From NCBI GenBank assembly GCA_963717505.1, contig OY970342.1, forward strand, positions 2,208,001 through 2,272,000: a stretch of DNA of 64,000 nucleotides, read 5' to 3'. How positions within the stretch are numbered: position 1 is the first letter of the stretch; each line of letters begins with the position of its first letter. Positions 8,809-18,960 of this stretch are shown piece after piece. Source of the DNA: Candidatus Eiseniibacteriota bacterium (GTDB lineage Bacteria; Eisenbacteria; RBG-16-71-46). The translations under genes and the position numbers were made by a program. The notes beneath the pieces are model-generated. The model saw only the letters and a list, made by a program, of their open reading frames with translations, ran no database searches and was not told the DNA's origin.

Positions 8809-9780
8809 TCACTTCCCCAGCAGGGCGCGGGCGCGCGCCTCGCAAAACGGCCGCATCGGGCAGCGCACGCGGATCGAGGCGTTGTCGTCGAGCCCGACCG
8901 ATGCGTATCGATCGGCCGAATCGGCCCACACCGTGGCGACGGTCGCCCCGAGCGCGTGGAGCCTGAGTGCTGCGGCCATGTTGGCGCCCGAGCTGATGCC
9001 CACGCAGTAGCCGAAGTGAGCGCGGATGCGCGCGGCCGTAGCGCGTGCCTCAGCGCTGCTCACGGCGAGGATCTCGTCGACGGCCCCGAGATCCACGAGG
9101 TCGGGCACGAATCCGTCGCCGATCCCCATGATGTCGTGATCTCCGGCCGGGCCGCCGCGCATGACCTGCGACTCCTCGGGCTCGACGGCAACCAGTCGCA
9201 CGTTCGGCATGGCCGCGCGCAGCGCCTGGCCCACGCCCATCAGCGTGCCGCCGGTGCCCACGCCCGCGACGAAGTAGGCCAGCCGATCACACCCGTTCTC
9301 GCGCAGCTGTGCCACCAGCTCGACGCCCGTCGTCGTCGCATGGCACCGGGTGTTGTCGGGGTTGCCGAACTGATCGGGAACGTAGTACCCGCGCCGGCCG
9401 CGGTATTCGTCGCGCAGGCGCACCGCTCCTTCGAACCCGGATGCTTTGGGCGTGAGTCGCACTTCGGCGCCGAGTCGCTCGAGCATGCGCCGGCGCTCGA
9501 CGCTCATGTGCTCGGGCATGAAGATCATCACGCGGTGCCCGAGCGTGCGCCCGACCCAGGCGAGCGCGATGCCGGTGTTGCCCGACGTGGTTTCGACGAT
9601 GACGTCACGGGGCTTGAGATCACCGCGCGCCGCGGCTTCGATCAGCATGAACTTGGCGATGCGATCCTTGACGCTGCCCCCCGGGTTGGCGCACTCGAGC
9701 TTGGCGTAGACGCCGTCGGCGACGACCAGCGGCGTGTGGCCGATCCGGCTCAGCTCGGTCGAGGCTTCAGGAGTCGACAT
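8809..9780 (-). CDS. PLP-dependent cysteine synthase family (CysK/CysM-like) protein
   Basis: IGHTPLV, KLECANPGGSVKDR (PLP lysine), TSGNTG, DQFGNPDN, GVGTGGT, IMGIG, GISSGAN. Confidence 0.88.
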   Translation of the reverse strand: MSTPEASTELSRIGHTPLVVADGVYAKLECANPGGSVKDRIAKFMLIEAAARGDLKPRDVIVETTSGNTGIALAWVGRTLGHRVMIFMPEHMSVERRRMLERLGAEVRLTPKASGFEGAVRLRDEYRGRRGYYVPDQFGNPDNTRCHATTTGVELVAQLRENGCDRLAYFVAGVGTGGTLMGVGQALRAAMPNVRLVAVEPEESQVMRGGPAGDHDIMGIGDGFVPDLVDLGAVDEILAVSSAEARATAARIRAHFGYCVGISSGANMAAALRLHALGATVATVWADSADRYASVGLDDNASIRVRCPMRPFCEARARALLGK

Positions 9781-11188
9781 GGATCACGTCCTTTGCTCCA
9801 GAAGTGCGGTTCGCCGCGCCCAGAGGAGCGAGGCGCGCCGTGAAGTGGCGGAGGTGGGGCATCTCTTCGACGATCGCGAAGCCGCGGAGCGAGTCCTTGC
9901 GCCGGACGACGTCCTCGGCGACCTCGATCACGTAGTCCATGTGGCTCTGCGTGTAGACGCGCCTCGGGATCGCGAGACGCAGCAGCTCGAGCGGCGCCAG
10001 GCGCTCGCGCCGCGTGACCGGGTCCAGGCCGCCGAACATGAGCGACCCGACCTCGACGCCGCGGATCCCGCCCTCTTCATAGAAGGCGCACGCCAGCGCC
10101 TGGGCCGGGAACTCGGCCGGCGGGATGTGCGGGAGAAACGCTCCGGCATCGATGAAGATCGCATGGCCGCCCGGCGGCCGGACGATTGGCAAGCCCGCCG
10201 CCATCAGCCCTTCTCCCAGGTAGCGGATCGAAGCGATGCGATATCTAAGGTAGTCCTCGTCGACCACCTCCCTGAGCCCGACGGCGATCGCCTCGAGGTC
10301 GCGGCCCGCCAGGCCGCCATAGGTCGGGAAGCCTTCGGTGAGGATGAGCAACTCTTCCTCCTGGCGGGAGAGCCGGTCGTCGTTCGAAGCCAGGAAGCCG
10401 CCAATGTTGGCGAGACCGTCCTTCTTGGCGCTGAACGTGGCGCCGTCGGCGAGCGAGAACATCTCCTGCGCGATCGATTCCACGCTGCGGTTCTCGTACC
10501 CGGGTTCGCGCAGCTTGATGAAGTAGGCGTTCTCGGCGAACCGGCAGGCGTCGAGATAGAAGGGCACGCCGCGCGCGCGACTCAGGGCGCTCGCCGCGCG
10601 CAGGTTCTCGAGTGAAGCCGGCTGGCCGCCGCCCGAGTTGTTGGTGACGGTCGCGAGCACGCACGCGACGTTGCTGGTTCGATCGCCGAGGATCCGCTCG
10701 AGCGCCACGAGATCGAGGTTGCCCTTGAACGGGTGCTCCTCTGCGGTGCGCATCACCTCGGGGATCGGGATGTCGATGGCGCGCCCGCCCAGCGCTTCGA
10801 CGTTGGCGCGCGTGGTATCGAAGTGCGTGTTGGCGACCACGCTCCGGCCCGAGACGCCGAGACAGGAGAACAGGATGCGCTCCGCGGCGCGCCCCTGGTG
10901 CGTCGGAATGATGTGGCGAAACCCGGTCAGCTCCCGCACGCGCCGCTCGAACACGAACCACGATCGGGCGCCGGCGTACGACTCGTCGCCGCGCATGATC
11001 CCTGCCCATTGCTCCGACGACATGGCGCCGGTCCCCGAGTCGGTCAGGAGGTCGATCAGGATCGCCTCGGCCGGGATGCGGAACAGGTTCCAATCCGCGC
11101 GCGCGAGCAAATCGCGGCGTTCCGCCGGCGTGGTCATGCGCAGCGGCTCGACCGACTTGATGCGGAAGGGCTCGATGATGGTCTTCAT
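9767..11188 (-). CDS. tnaA: Tryptophanase (beta-eliminating lyase family)
   Basis: EPFRIKSVE, IDLLTDSGT, GDESYAG, HQGRAAE, SAKKD (PLP lysine), RLAIPRRVYTQSH. LRHFTARL carries His as in tryptophanase rather than the Phe of tyrosine phenol-lyase. Confidence 0.88.
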   Translation of the reverse strand: MKTIIEPFRIKSVEPLRMTTPAERRDLLARADWNLFRIPAEAILIDLLTDSGTGAMSSEQWAGIMRGDESYAGARSWFVFERRVRELTGFRHIIPTHQGRAAERILFSCLGVSGRSVVANTHFDTTRANVEALGGRAIDIPIPEVMRTAEEHPFKGNLDLVALERILGDRTSNVACVLATVTNNSGGGQPASLENLRAASALSRARGVPFYLDACRFAENAYFIKLREPGYENRSVESIAQEMFSLADGATFSAKKDGLANIGGFLASNDDRLSRQEEELLILTEGFPTYGGLAGRDLEAIAVGLREVVDEDYLRYRIASIRYLGEGLMAAGLPIVRPPGGHAIFIDAGAFLPHIPPAEFPAQALACAFYEEGGIRGVEVGSLMFGGLDPVTRRERLAPLELLRLAIPRRVYTQSHMDYVIEVAEDVVRRKDSLRGFAIVEEMPHLRHFTARLAPLGAANRTSGAKDVIHVDS

Positions 11189-11212
11189 GCCGGGTTCCCG
11201 AGGCGATGTGTC

Positions 11213-11228
11213 CGCAAGAGTGGTGCCA
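11213..11228 (-). promoter_or_regulatory. Sigma54 (-24/-12) promoter of tnaA
   Basis: Minus strand reads TGGCAC-CACTC-TTGCG, 24 nt upstream of the tnaA ATG. Confidence 0.75.
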
Positions 11229-11297
11229 TGGGAGCACAGCCACCCTGGCGTCGGAACCCTATGTGCCAGGCCCTCGGAGTGGCTGCGGGGACGGTCG

Positions 11298-11321
11298 TCG
11301 TGGCAGCCGGTTCTGCCACGA
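11298..11321. promoter_or_regulatory. Palindrome, candidate upstream activator sequence
   Basis: TCGTGGCAG-N6-CTGCCACGA perfect 9-bp inverted repeat about 70-95 nt upstream of the sigma54 site. Confidence 0.5.
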
Positions 11322-11609
11322 TGTCAGACCCAGCCCCCGCATCGCGTCGGCGGCCGAGATGTTCGGCTACGGCCGTAGCGCCCGACATGGCCACACCGGC
11401 GGATCAGGCGCTGGAGAAGGCCCTTGCGGCGGCACGCGCGCATTGAGGGGCCGAAGAGCGTTGGGCCCGAGGCACATTCCTCTTCTGAGTCCCCTGGATT
11501 CGCAGTAGCCTTATGGGGCTCCCGGCCGCGAGCCCGGAGCCTCGAATCGCAGCAGGCCCAACCGCGAACCCTCCGCGCTGCTCCCCGCGCGGCTGGCCTG
11601 GAGGCGCCA

Positions 11610-14390
11610 ATGAACAGACTTCTCTGTTCCCTCGGAGCGTCGCTGAGTGCAGCCATCCTTCTCTGCAGTGCGGCGCAAGCACAGTGTCCCTGGGACGATC
11701 CCGCCACATATCCCGGCGACGGGAGTCCGTTCCATGTCGTGATTGCCGATATCAACAACGACGGCATCCAGGACGTAGTCCGGACGAACAATGGGGCCAG
11801 AACGGTTAGCGTGTACTACGGGAATGGGGTCGGATCTTTCACCGGCCCGAACAATCGTCCGGTCCGCCCGGGGAATGGCCCTCTGACTGTCGCCGATTTC
11901 AACCGCGACGGTCATCTCGACATCGTGACCAACAGCACCATCGGCGACGTCGTTTCGGTGGTCTACGGGCTGGGCAACAACGCGTTCCAGGACGCGGTCT
12001 TCTACGCGACGGGGGATGCGCCCTTTGGCGTCACCCACGGAGACTTCCACGGGGATGGCATCCTCGATCTTGCCGTGACCAGTCTTGGCGAGGACGGGAT
12101 CACGATCCTCAGGGGAATCGCGACCGGCGGCTTCATTGCCGTGTTGAGTTATTCCACGGGAATGGATCCCTACGACATCAAGGTGGGCGACTTCAACGAG
12201 GACGGCATTTCCGACTTGGTCGTGACGAACTCGCAGAGCCACGACATCTCGATCCTCCGCGGGCGGGGAGCCGGTGGCGTGGGGAACGGCACGTTCGATC
12301 CTGAAGTCCGCATTGCCGCCGGTATGTTCCCCTACAGCGTCTCGATCGCAGACTTCGACGGCGACGGGATCTCCGATCTCGCGGTGGCGAATGGTGGGAG
12401 CGGGTCGGTCACGTTGTTCAAGGGTGGCGGTTCCGGTGGGGTCGGTGACGGCACCTTCCAGGAGGCGAATGTCATTGGGGGCTTGGGACAGCCTCGGTCC
12501 GTCGCTGCCGGCGACCTCAATGGCGACACGATCCCTGATCTCGCAGTCGCGGACTACTTCGGTTCGATGCATATCCTGATCGGGAATGGCAACGGAACGT
12601 TCCAGGGTCCAACGGTCGTTCCGGCCGGCCAGAACCCAACCGACGTCGCCCTCGGGGACTTCAACCTGGATGGCACGCTGGACGCCGTCGTCGCCAACTA
12701 CATGACCGACTACATGACGGTCTTCATGAGCTTCTGCCCGACGGGGCCACCGCCCGAGGTGCACTCGCTATCACCGGCGGCCGGCCTGCCGGGCGCCCAG
12801 GTGACCATCGCCGGATCGAACTTCGTGAACGTCGCGTCCGTCCGGTTCAATGGCCTGGAGGCCGCATACACGGTTCTGTCCGACTCGGAGATCCGGGCGA
12901 CCGTTCCTCCCCTGGCTCTCTCGGGGCCTGTACGGGTGCATACGGCGAACGGAACCGACCTGGGCCCCGTTTTCACTGTGGCCCCGCGGATCACGGGTTT
13001 CGCGCCTTCCCAGGCGCCAGCGGGCACCATCGTCAGCATCAACGGAGTCAACTTCATCGGGACGACGGCCGTCGAGTTCAACGGCACTCCCGCGTCGTTC
13101 GAGGTCAGCTCCGAGCTGTTGCTCAACGCCGTGGTTCCGAGCGGTGCCACGAGCGGCCCGATTTCCGTGACGAATCCTGGTGGCACGGCGCTGTCGACGC
13201 AGTCGTTCACCGTCGGGATTTCCGTCAGCGGCGGAATCAACTTGTCGTGGGACGACTGCGGGCCTGCGGGGACTTCGAACAAGAACTTCGCGTGTGATGT
13301 CAGTACCGGCGCCCCGTTCACTGCCGTCGGCTCGTTCATGCCTGCGACGCTGTTGCCGGAGTTCCTGGGCGCGTCCATCGACATCCGGATCGAAGCCGAG
13401 GGATCGGAGCTGCCCGACTGGTGGAAGCATGGGACGGGAGAGTGCCGGGGCACCACCGGACTCGCCACCAACTTCGACTTCACTACGGGCCCGTTCACTT
13501 GCGCGGACTTCAACGTCGGCCAGGCCGCCGGCGGTTTCGCGTACGACGTCGGTTTCGGCGGTCCCAACCGTGCGCGGCTCCGCATCCAGTACGCCGTACC
13601 GTTTGAGAATCGTAGCGAGGTCCTGACGGGCGTGGAGTACTACGCGTTCAAGGTCAACTTCCTGCGTTCGAAGACCACTGGGACGGGTGCGTGCTCCGGC
13701 TGCGGAGCCGCGCTGTGTATTCGCCTGGTCGAGATCCAGCTCTTCCAGCCGCCCGACCAACTCAACGATCCCAGATATTTTGATCCGATCAACAACAGCG
13801 TCGTCAGCTGGCAGAGCCCGACGGTCAACTGCGCGCTCGCGACCCCGGTCCTGGTCTCGGTGGTGACTGCCGAAGCGACCTCGGATGGCGTGCGACTCGT
13901 CTGGCAGACCGAGGATGTCGAGCACGCGACCGTCCAGCGCCGCGAGGCCGAGGGTCCGTGGCGGCAGATCGCTTCGCTCTACCCCGACGGTCAGCAGCGT
14001 GTGACCTACGAGGACACCGACGTCACGCCGGGTGCCACCTACGAATACCGACTCGGAATCCCGGCGCCGACCGGCGAGTTCTACGTGGGTGAAACCCGAG
14101 TCACGGTACCGTTGGCTGCGCCTGCGGCGCTTTCGCTGGCGCGGGTGGCGTGGAACGGCTCGGCCGGAGCGCTGACGGTGTCGTTGTCGCTGCCGCGCGC
14201 GGGCTCGGCGTCGTTCGAGGTGTTCGACATCAACGGCCGGCGAGTGGGCGAGCAGCGCCTCGAAGGGCTGGGCGCCGGGGAGCACGAACTCAGCGTGCGA
14301 CCCTCGCGAACTCTTGATCCCGGCGTGTTCTTCGCTCGGGTGACGCAGGACGGAAAGGGTGCGAGCCGGCGGTTCATCGTCGTGAAGTGA
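11610..14390 (+). CDS. Secreted FG-GAP/VCBS repeat protein with two IPT/TIG domains, a Cys-rich domain and a T9SS-like C-terminal domain
   Basis: GGAGG RBS and signal peptide; repeated DFNxDGxxDLxV; IPT-like PAAGLPGAQVTIAGSNF..SGPVRV; C-terminal FEVFDINGRRV..PGVFFARV. Confidence 0.85.
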   Translation: MNRLLCSLGASLSAAILLCSAAQAQCPWDDPATYPGDGSPFHVVIADINNDGIQDVVRTNNGARTVSVYYGNGVGSFTGPNNRPVRPGNGPLTVADFNRDGHLDIVTNSTIGDVVSVVYGLGNNAFQDAVFYATGDAPFGVTHGDFHGDGILDLAVTSLGEDGITILRGIATGGFIAVLSYSTGMDPYDIKVGDFNEDGISDLVVTNSQSHDISILRGRGAGGVGNGTFDPEVRIAAGMFPYSVSIADFDGDGISDLAVANGGSGSVTLFKGGGSGGVGDGTFQEANVIGGLGQPRSVAAGDLNGDTIPDLAVADYFGSMHILIGNGNGTFQGPTVVPAGQNPTDVALGDFNLDGTLDAVVANYMTDYMTVFMSFCPTGPPPEVHSLSPAAGLPGAQVTIAGSNFVNVASVRFNGLEAAYTVLSDSEIRATVPPLALSGPVRVHTANGTDLGPVFTVAPRITGFAPSQAPAGTIVSINGVNFIGTTAVEFNGTPASFEVSSELLLNAVVPSGATSGPISVTNPGGTALSTQSFTVGISVSGGINLSWDDCGPAGTSNKNFACDVSTGAPFTAVGSFMPATLLPEFLGASIDIRIEAEGSELPDWWKHGTGECRGTTGLATNFDFTTGPFTCADFNVGQAAGGFAYDVGFGGPNRARLRIQYAVPFENRSEVLTGVEYYAFKVNFLRSKTTGTGACSGCGAALCIRLVEIQLFQPPDQLNDPRYFDPINNSVVSWQSPTVNCALATPVLVSVVTAEATSDGVRLVWQTEDVEHATVQRREAEGPWRQIASLYPDGQQRVTYEDTDVTPGATYEYRLGIPAPTGEFYVGETRVTVPLAAPAALSLARVAWNGSAGALTVSLSLPRAGSASFEVFDINGRRVGEQRLEGLGAGEHELSVRPSRTLDPGVFFARVTQDGKGASRRFIVVK

Positions 14391-14434
14391 GTCAGGGAGG
14401 GGGCAGGGGCGCCGGAGGTGCTAGGGTCTTCGTT

Positions 14435-16042
14435 ATGCACCGCGCCCCGCCTGCCTTCCTCGCGCTGCTCTCCCTTGCGCTAATTGGCTACTCCGGCCCC
14501 GCGGACGCGGGTACGCTGTCCGCCCGTGATTCCGCGGTCATCGTCCTCAACCGCCTGGCCCACGGACCGCGCCCCGGTGACGTCGAGCGCGTCGCCTCGG
14601 CCGGCGTGATGCGCTGGGTCCATGCCCAGCTCGCCCCGCGCCAGGACGTCGCGCGTGAGCGGGTCGAAGCCGACTTCGAGATCCTGAAGCTCGATCGCGA
14701 GGAGCTGGCGGAGCGCTTCGTCGATGCGCGTAAGGCCCGTCGCGAGCAGCGCGCGGATTCGACTCGCAACCAGGCCAACGACCCCGCGATGCGCGAGATG
14801 CGCGACCTCGCCGGCCAGTTCCAGCAGCTCGCGGTCGCGCGGGCGGTGGTCGCTGAATCTCAACTCCAGGAAGTGCTGGCCGACTTCTGGATCAACCACT
14901 TCAATATCTTCCTCGGCAAGGACGCCGAGCGTTATCTGCTGCCGTCGTACGTCGAGGAGACGATTCGTCCGCGCGTGCTCGGGAGGTTCGAGGACCTGCT
15001 GATCGCGACCGCCGAGAGTCCGGCGATGATGGTCTACCTCGACAATACGTTGAGCGTGGCGTCGGGGGCCGTGCCGCCGCAGCTCGCCCGGGCGCGCGCC
15101 CGCACGCTCAGGCGGCGCTCCGCACGCGCCGACTCGATGCTGGCGCGGCTCGAGTCGCGCATGCCGGTCGGCGTCAACGAGAACTACGCCCGCGAGCTGT
15201 TCGAGCTGCACACGCTGGGCGTCGACGGCGGTTACACGCAGAACGACATCGAGGAGGCGGCGCGCGTGCTGACCGGATGGGGCGTCGAGCCGGCGGCGCG
15301 CGGCGGCGGCTTCGTGTTTCGCGACTGGGCGCACGACCGCGGCGAGAAGACCATCCTCGGCGTTCGCTTTCGCGCGGGGCGCGGCCGCGAGGAGGGCGTC
15401 GAGCTGCTGCGCATGCTGGCGCGGCATCCGTCGACCATGCTCCACGTCACCACGCGGTTGTGCCAGCGCCTGGTGAGTGATGATCCGCCGGCCGGCGCCA
15501 TCGAAGCCGGGGTTCAGGCGTGGAAGCAGAGCGACGGATCGATCCGCGAAGTGGTGCGGGCGATCGTGATGAGCCCCGAGTTCTGGGCCGAGGCCGGAGC
15601 GCGATCCAAGTTCAAGACGCCGCTCGAATTCGTGGTCAGCTCGGTGCGTGCGGTCGGCGGTTCGGTCGGCGTCGAGCCCGCACCCGCGCGGGCTGTGGCT
15701 CGGCTCGGGCAGCCTCTCTATATGCAGCCGGTGCCCACCGGCTACCAGGAGACCGAGGCCGCGTGGGCGAACAGTTCGGCCCTCTTCGAACGTATGAACG
15801 TCGCGGTCACGCTCGCGGCCGGCAAACAGCCGGGGGTCACCGTCGATCTCGATTCGGTGATTCCCCTGACGGATGACTTCAACGCGCTGGTCGATCGAGT
15901 CGATCGTGCGCTGCTGGCCGGGGCGATGTCGGAGCGCACCAGGAACGTGATCCGCCGCGAGATCGAGGGGCTCGGGCCGCGTCATGCCCGCGCGCTGGCG
16001 GTCGGCCTGAGTCTCGGCGGCCCCGAGTTCCAGGTTCAGTAG
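14435..16042 (+). CDS. DUF1800 family protein
   Basis: LNRLAHGPRPGD, QLQEVLADFWINHFNI, SPAMMVYLDN, NENYARELFELHTLGVDGGYTQ, KFKTPLEF, PEFQ. Confidence 0.9.
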   Translation: MHRAPPAFLALLSLALIGYSGPADAGTLSARDSAVIVLNRLAHGPRPGDVERVASAGVMRWVHAQLAPRQDVARERVEADFEILKLDREELAERFVDARKARREQRADSTRNQANDPAMREMRDLAGQFQQLAVARAVVAESQLQEVLADFWINHFNIFLGKDAERYLLPSYVEETIRPRVLGRFEDLLIATAESPAMMVYLDNTLSVASGAVPPQLARARARTLRRRSARADSMLARLESRMPVGVNENYARELFELHTLGVDGGYTQNDIEEAARVLTGWGVEPAARGGGFVFRDWAHDRGEKTILGVRFRAGRGREEGVELLRMLARHPSTMLHVTTRLCQRLVSDDPPAGAIEAGVQAWKQSDGSIREVVRAIVMSPEFWAEAGARSKFKTPLEFVVSSVRAVGGSVGVEPAPARAVARLGQPLYMQPVPTGYQETEAAWANSSALFERMNVAVTLAAGKQPGVTVDLDSVIPLTDDFNALVDRVDRALLAGAMSERTRNVIRREIEGLGPRHARALAVGLSLGGPEFQVQ

Positions 16043-16050
16043 GAGGGCGC

Positions 16051-17322
16051 GTGCGCGACGAGTCTTTCGCCACGGTCACGCGAAGGGCGTTCCTGCGCTC
16101 GGGCGGTCTGGCGCTCGTCAGCTTCGGCCTCGATCCGCTGTTCGTCGCGCGCGCGGCGTTCGCGCGCGATCAGGTCCAAGCGCCACGGGCCGGCCGGGTG
16201 CTGGTGTGCCTTTTCCAGCGCGGGGCGGTGGACGGACTCAGCATGATCGTCCCGCACGGTGACGCCGACTACTATCGCGAGCGCCCGCGGATCGCGATCC
16301 CACGGGGCGACGTCGTGGACCTCGACGGCCACTTCGGACTCCATCCGGCTCTCGCGAACCTGGCGCCGCACTGGCGCGAGAAGACGCTGGCGATCGTTCA
16401 CGCCGTGGGTTCCCCCGACGCGACGCGCAGCCACTTCGAGGCCCAGGACTACATGGAGAGCGGCACTCCGGGGGTCAAGAATACGCGCGACGGCTGGCTC
16501 AACCGCCACGCCCAGCACGCGCGCGAGCACAAAGAGACACCGTTCCACTCGGTGGCATTCGGCCCGCAGCTGCCACGCATCCTTGCCGGCAGCGCACCAG
16601 CGCTCGCGATCTCGGACCTGCGCGCGTTCGGGCTCCGCCCGCCACAGCCCGAAGCGCGCGACCGGCTGACGCGTGCGTTCGAAGAACTCTACGAAGCCTC
16701 GGCCACCGGGATCGTCGCGTCCTCCGCGGCGGAGGGCTTCGATGCCGTCGAGACGCTCAAGCGCGTCAAGCCGGCGGAGTACAAGCCCGAGCATGGCGCC
16801 GTGTATCCGCCCGGCCGGCTCGGGCAATCGTTGCTGCAGATCGCGCAGCTGATCAAGGCCGACATCGGGCTCGAGAACGCTTTCGCCGACGTCGGCGGTT
16901 GGGACACGCACATCGCGCAGGGTGCCGGCGAGGGGCAACTCGCCACGCGGTTGCGCCAACTAGGCGACGGGCTCGCGGCGTTTGCGCGCGATCTCGGCGA
17001 TCGCATGCAGAACGTGGTGGTGCTGACCATGTCCGAGTTCGGCCGCACGGTGGCCGAGAACGGCAGCAACGGCACCGACCACGGCCACGGCACGGCGATG
17101 TTGGTGATGGGCGGCGGCGTGCGCGGCGGACGGATGGTCGGTCGCTGGCCGGGGCTGGCGCCCGGCGATCGCTTCCAGGGTCGCGACCTCGCGGTGACCA
17201 CCGACTTTCGCGATCTGTTCGGCGAGGTCCTGGTGCGCCACGGCGGTGCTGCCAAGCTGCAGGCGGTATTCCCCGGCCACGAGTGCGACGAGCGCCGGTT
17301 CCCCGGGGTGATGAGGGCGTAG
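16051..17322 (+). CDS. DUF1501 family protein with Tat signal
   Basis: TRRAFL, FQRGAVDGLS, RSHFEAQ, GGWDTH, SEFGRT, GTDHG, GRDLAVTTDFR; canonical partner of DUF1800. Confidence 0.9.
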   Translation: MRDESFATVTRRAFLRSGGLALVSFGLDPLFVARAAFARDQVQAPRAGRVLVCLFQRGAVDGLSMIVPHGDADYYRERPRIAIPRGDVVDLDGHFGLHPALANLAPHWREKTLAIVHAVGSPDATRSHFEAQDYMESGTPGVKNTRDGWLNRHAQHAREHKETPFHSVAFGPQLPRILAGSAPALAISDLRAFGLRPPQPEARDRLTRAFEELYEASATGIVASSAAEGFDAVETLKRVKPAEYKPEHGAVYPPGRLGQSLLQIAQLIKADIGLENAFADVGGWDTHIAQGAGEGQLATRLRQLGDGLAAFARDLGDRMQNVVVLTMSEFGRTVAENGSNGTDHGHGTAMLVMGGGVRGGRMVGRWPGLAPGDRFQGRDLAVTTDFRDLFGEVLVRHGGAAKLQAVFPGHECDERRFPGVMRA

Positions 17323-17451
17323 GCAGATTCTCGCGACCGACTTGCGATTGCGCGGGACGCTTGGCGTGACAATAGAAGAGCTCCCTTTTTCTGGTGCCTC
17401 GGCCATTTCGAGGCGGTAGGCTTCTGGGGCCGCGGAGAAGGAGATCCCCCA

Positions 17452-18765
17452 ATGATGCGTTTTTGTTCTTCGCTTGCGGTCGCGCTTCTCGCGACGACCT
17501 TGGTTGGCTCTGCAGGTGCGGATTGGGTCAGCACCAACGGACCCTCCGGCTCGGTCACTCAGGCACTTACGTTCGGCGACGGCGGAACGAGACTCGTCGC
17601 CGGTACCTTCGGCGGTGGAATTCGGCTCGCCTCCGCCGACTTCACCAGCTGGACTGCGGCGAGCGACGGGCCATCGGGCTCGGTGCTTTCGCTCGCAACG
17701 GGAACGAATGAATTCGGCGGCGAGGTCGCGATCGCGGGCACCCAGGACGCCGGCGTCTACGCGTCGTGGAATGGCGGTACAACGTGGTTGGCGGTGAACA
17801 CCGGGCTGACCGAGCCCACGGTTCCTGCGCTGATTGCCATCCGCGACGCCTACTTCGGCTTCGGAATGGTGCTCCTTGCGGGATCCGAGGCGGGCGCCTT
17901 TCGTTCCAATGGTGGGGCGAACATTCAGTGGACGCCGCGCAACGGCGGATTGACGAGCCCGGTCATGCAAGCCCTGGTCTCGGTTCCAGGCGGCGACGAG
18001 AACGACGGGATCGGCGCGCGCGACGTGTTTGCCGGGACCACCGGCGGCGTGTTCTTCACCACCGACGGCGTGACCTGGCAGTCGAAGAGCAGCTCCGGCC
18101 TTACGAGCACGAATGTGGTGTCACTCGCGACCACCTCGACCGGACCGTTCGATTGGACGCTCTATGCCGGAACCTCGACCGGCGTGTTCCGCTCCACCAA
18201 TCTCTATGGCGCCTGGAGCGCCACCGGCAGCGGACTCTCGGGCGCGGTGCAGGCGATGCTGGGTGTCGGCAGCCGACTGTTCGTCGGTACGTCGAGTGGC
18301 GGTGTGTTCACGTCGACTGACGCGGGCGACACTTGGACCGCGGTCAACAGCGGACTGCCCGACCTCGAGATCACGGCACTCGCCAGCAATGGCGTCGATC
18401 TGTTTGCAGCGACTGGCGACGGAGTCTTCCGGCGTCCGCTCGCCGAGTTCGACGCGACGACGTCGGTGGAGAGCGGCGTCGCCCCGGGCGTGGCTCTCGG
18501 CGTGCCGAGCCCCAATCCGTTCACATCGTCGCTGCTGGTGAACTTCAACTTGGAATCGGCGGGCAACGTGAGCCTCGCAGTCCTCGATGCGCAGGGCCGA
18601 AGCGTGGCGCGGTTGTCCACGGGCGTCCACGCCGCGGGAACACATCAGGCGACGTGGAATGGCCGCGACGACTCCGGGGCGCCGGTCCGAGCCGGCGTGT
18701 ATTTCCTCAGGCTCGAGAGCCGGGGACAGATCGCGGCAAGCACGCGGATTGCGCTGATTCGATAG
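17452..18765 (+). CDS. Secreted BNR/WD40-YVTN-like repeat protein with FlgD/T9SS-like C-terminal domain
   Basis: AAGGAG RBS; signal peptide; repeated GVFxSxD/NxGxxWxxxNxGL; PSPNPF...WNGRDDSGAPVRAGVYFLRL. Confidence 0.85.
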   Translation: MMRFCSSLAVALLATTLVGSAGADWVSTNGPSGSVTQALTFGDGGTRLVAGTFGGGIRLASADFTSWTAASDGPSGSVLSLATGTNEFGGEVAIAGTQDAGVYASWNGGTTWLAVNTGLTEPTVPALIAIRDAYFGFGMVLLAGSEAGAFRSNGGANIQWTPRNGGLTSPVMQALVSVPGGDENDGIGARDVFAGTTGGVFFTTDGVTWQSKSSSGLTSTNVVSLATTSTGPFDWTLYAGTSTGVFRSTNLYGAWSATGSGLSGAVQAMLGVGSRLFVGTSSGGVFTSTDAGDTWTAVNSGLPDLEITALASNGVDLFAATGDGVFRRPLAEFDATTSVESGVAPGVALGVPSPNPFTSSLLVNFNLESAGNVSLAVLDAQGRSVARLSTGVHAAGTHQATWNGRDDSGAPVRAGVYFLRLESRGQIAASTRIALIR

Positions 18766-18960
18766 AGGTCCCTGGACGGGGCCCGGCAACGAGCAATAGT
18801 GGCATTCTGGCCGGAAACAGTGCTCCCTGAGAGCGAGAATTGACTCGGGCCAGGGCCGAAAACCCGCGATTACGCTAGGGTTCGCGGGTCTCCGGGGCGT
18901 AGCCTCAATCCGTCCACAACCTCCTCATAGCGCACCGCGCTCTTCCCCGGAGGGGCCGCC

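Noticed and set aside
14435-17322. DUF1800/DUF1501 pair as a novel system
   Set aside because: A widespread, long-known gene pair; nothing unusual here
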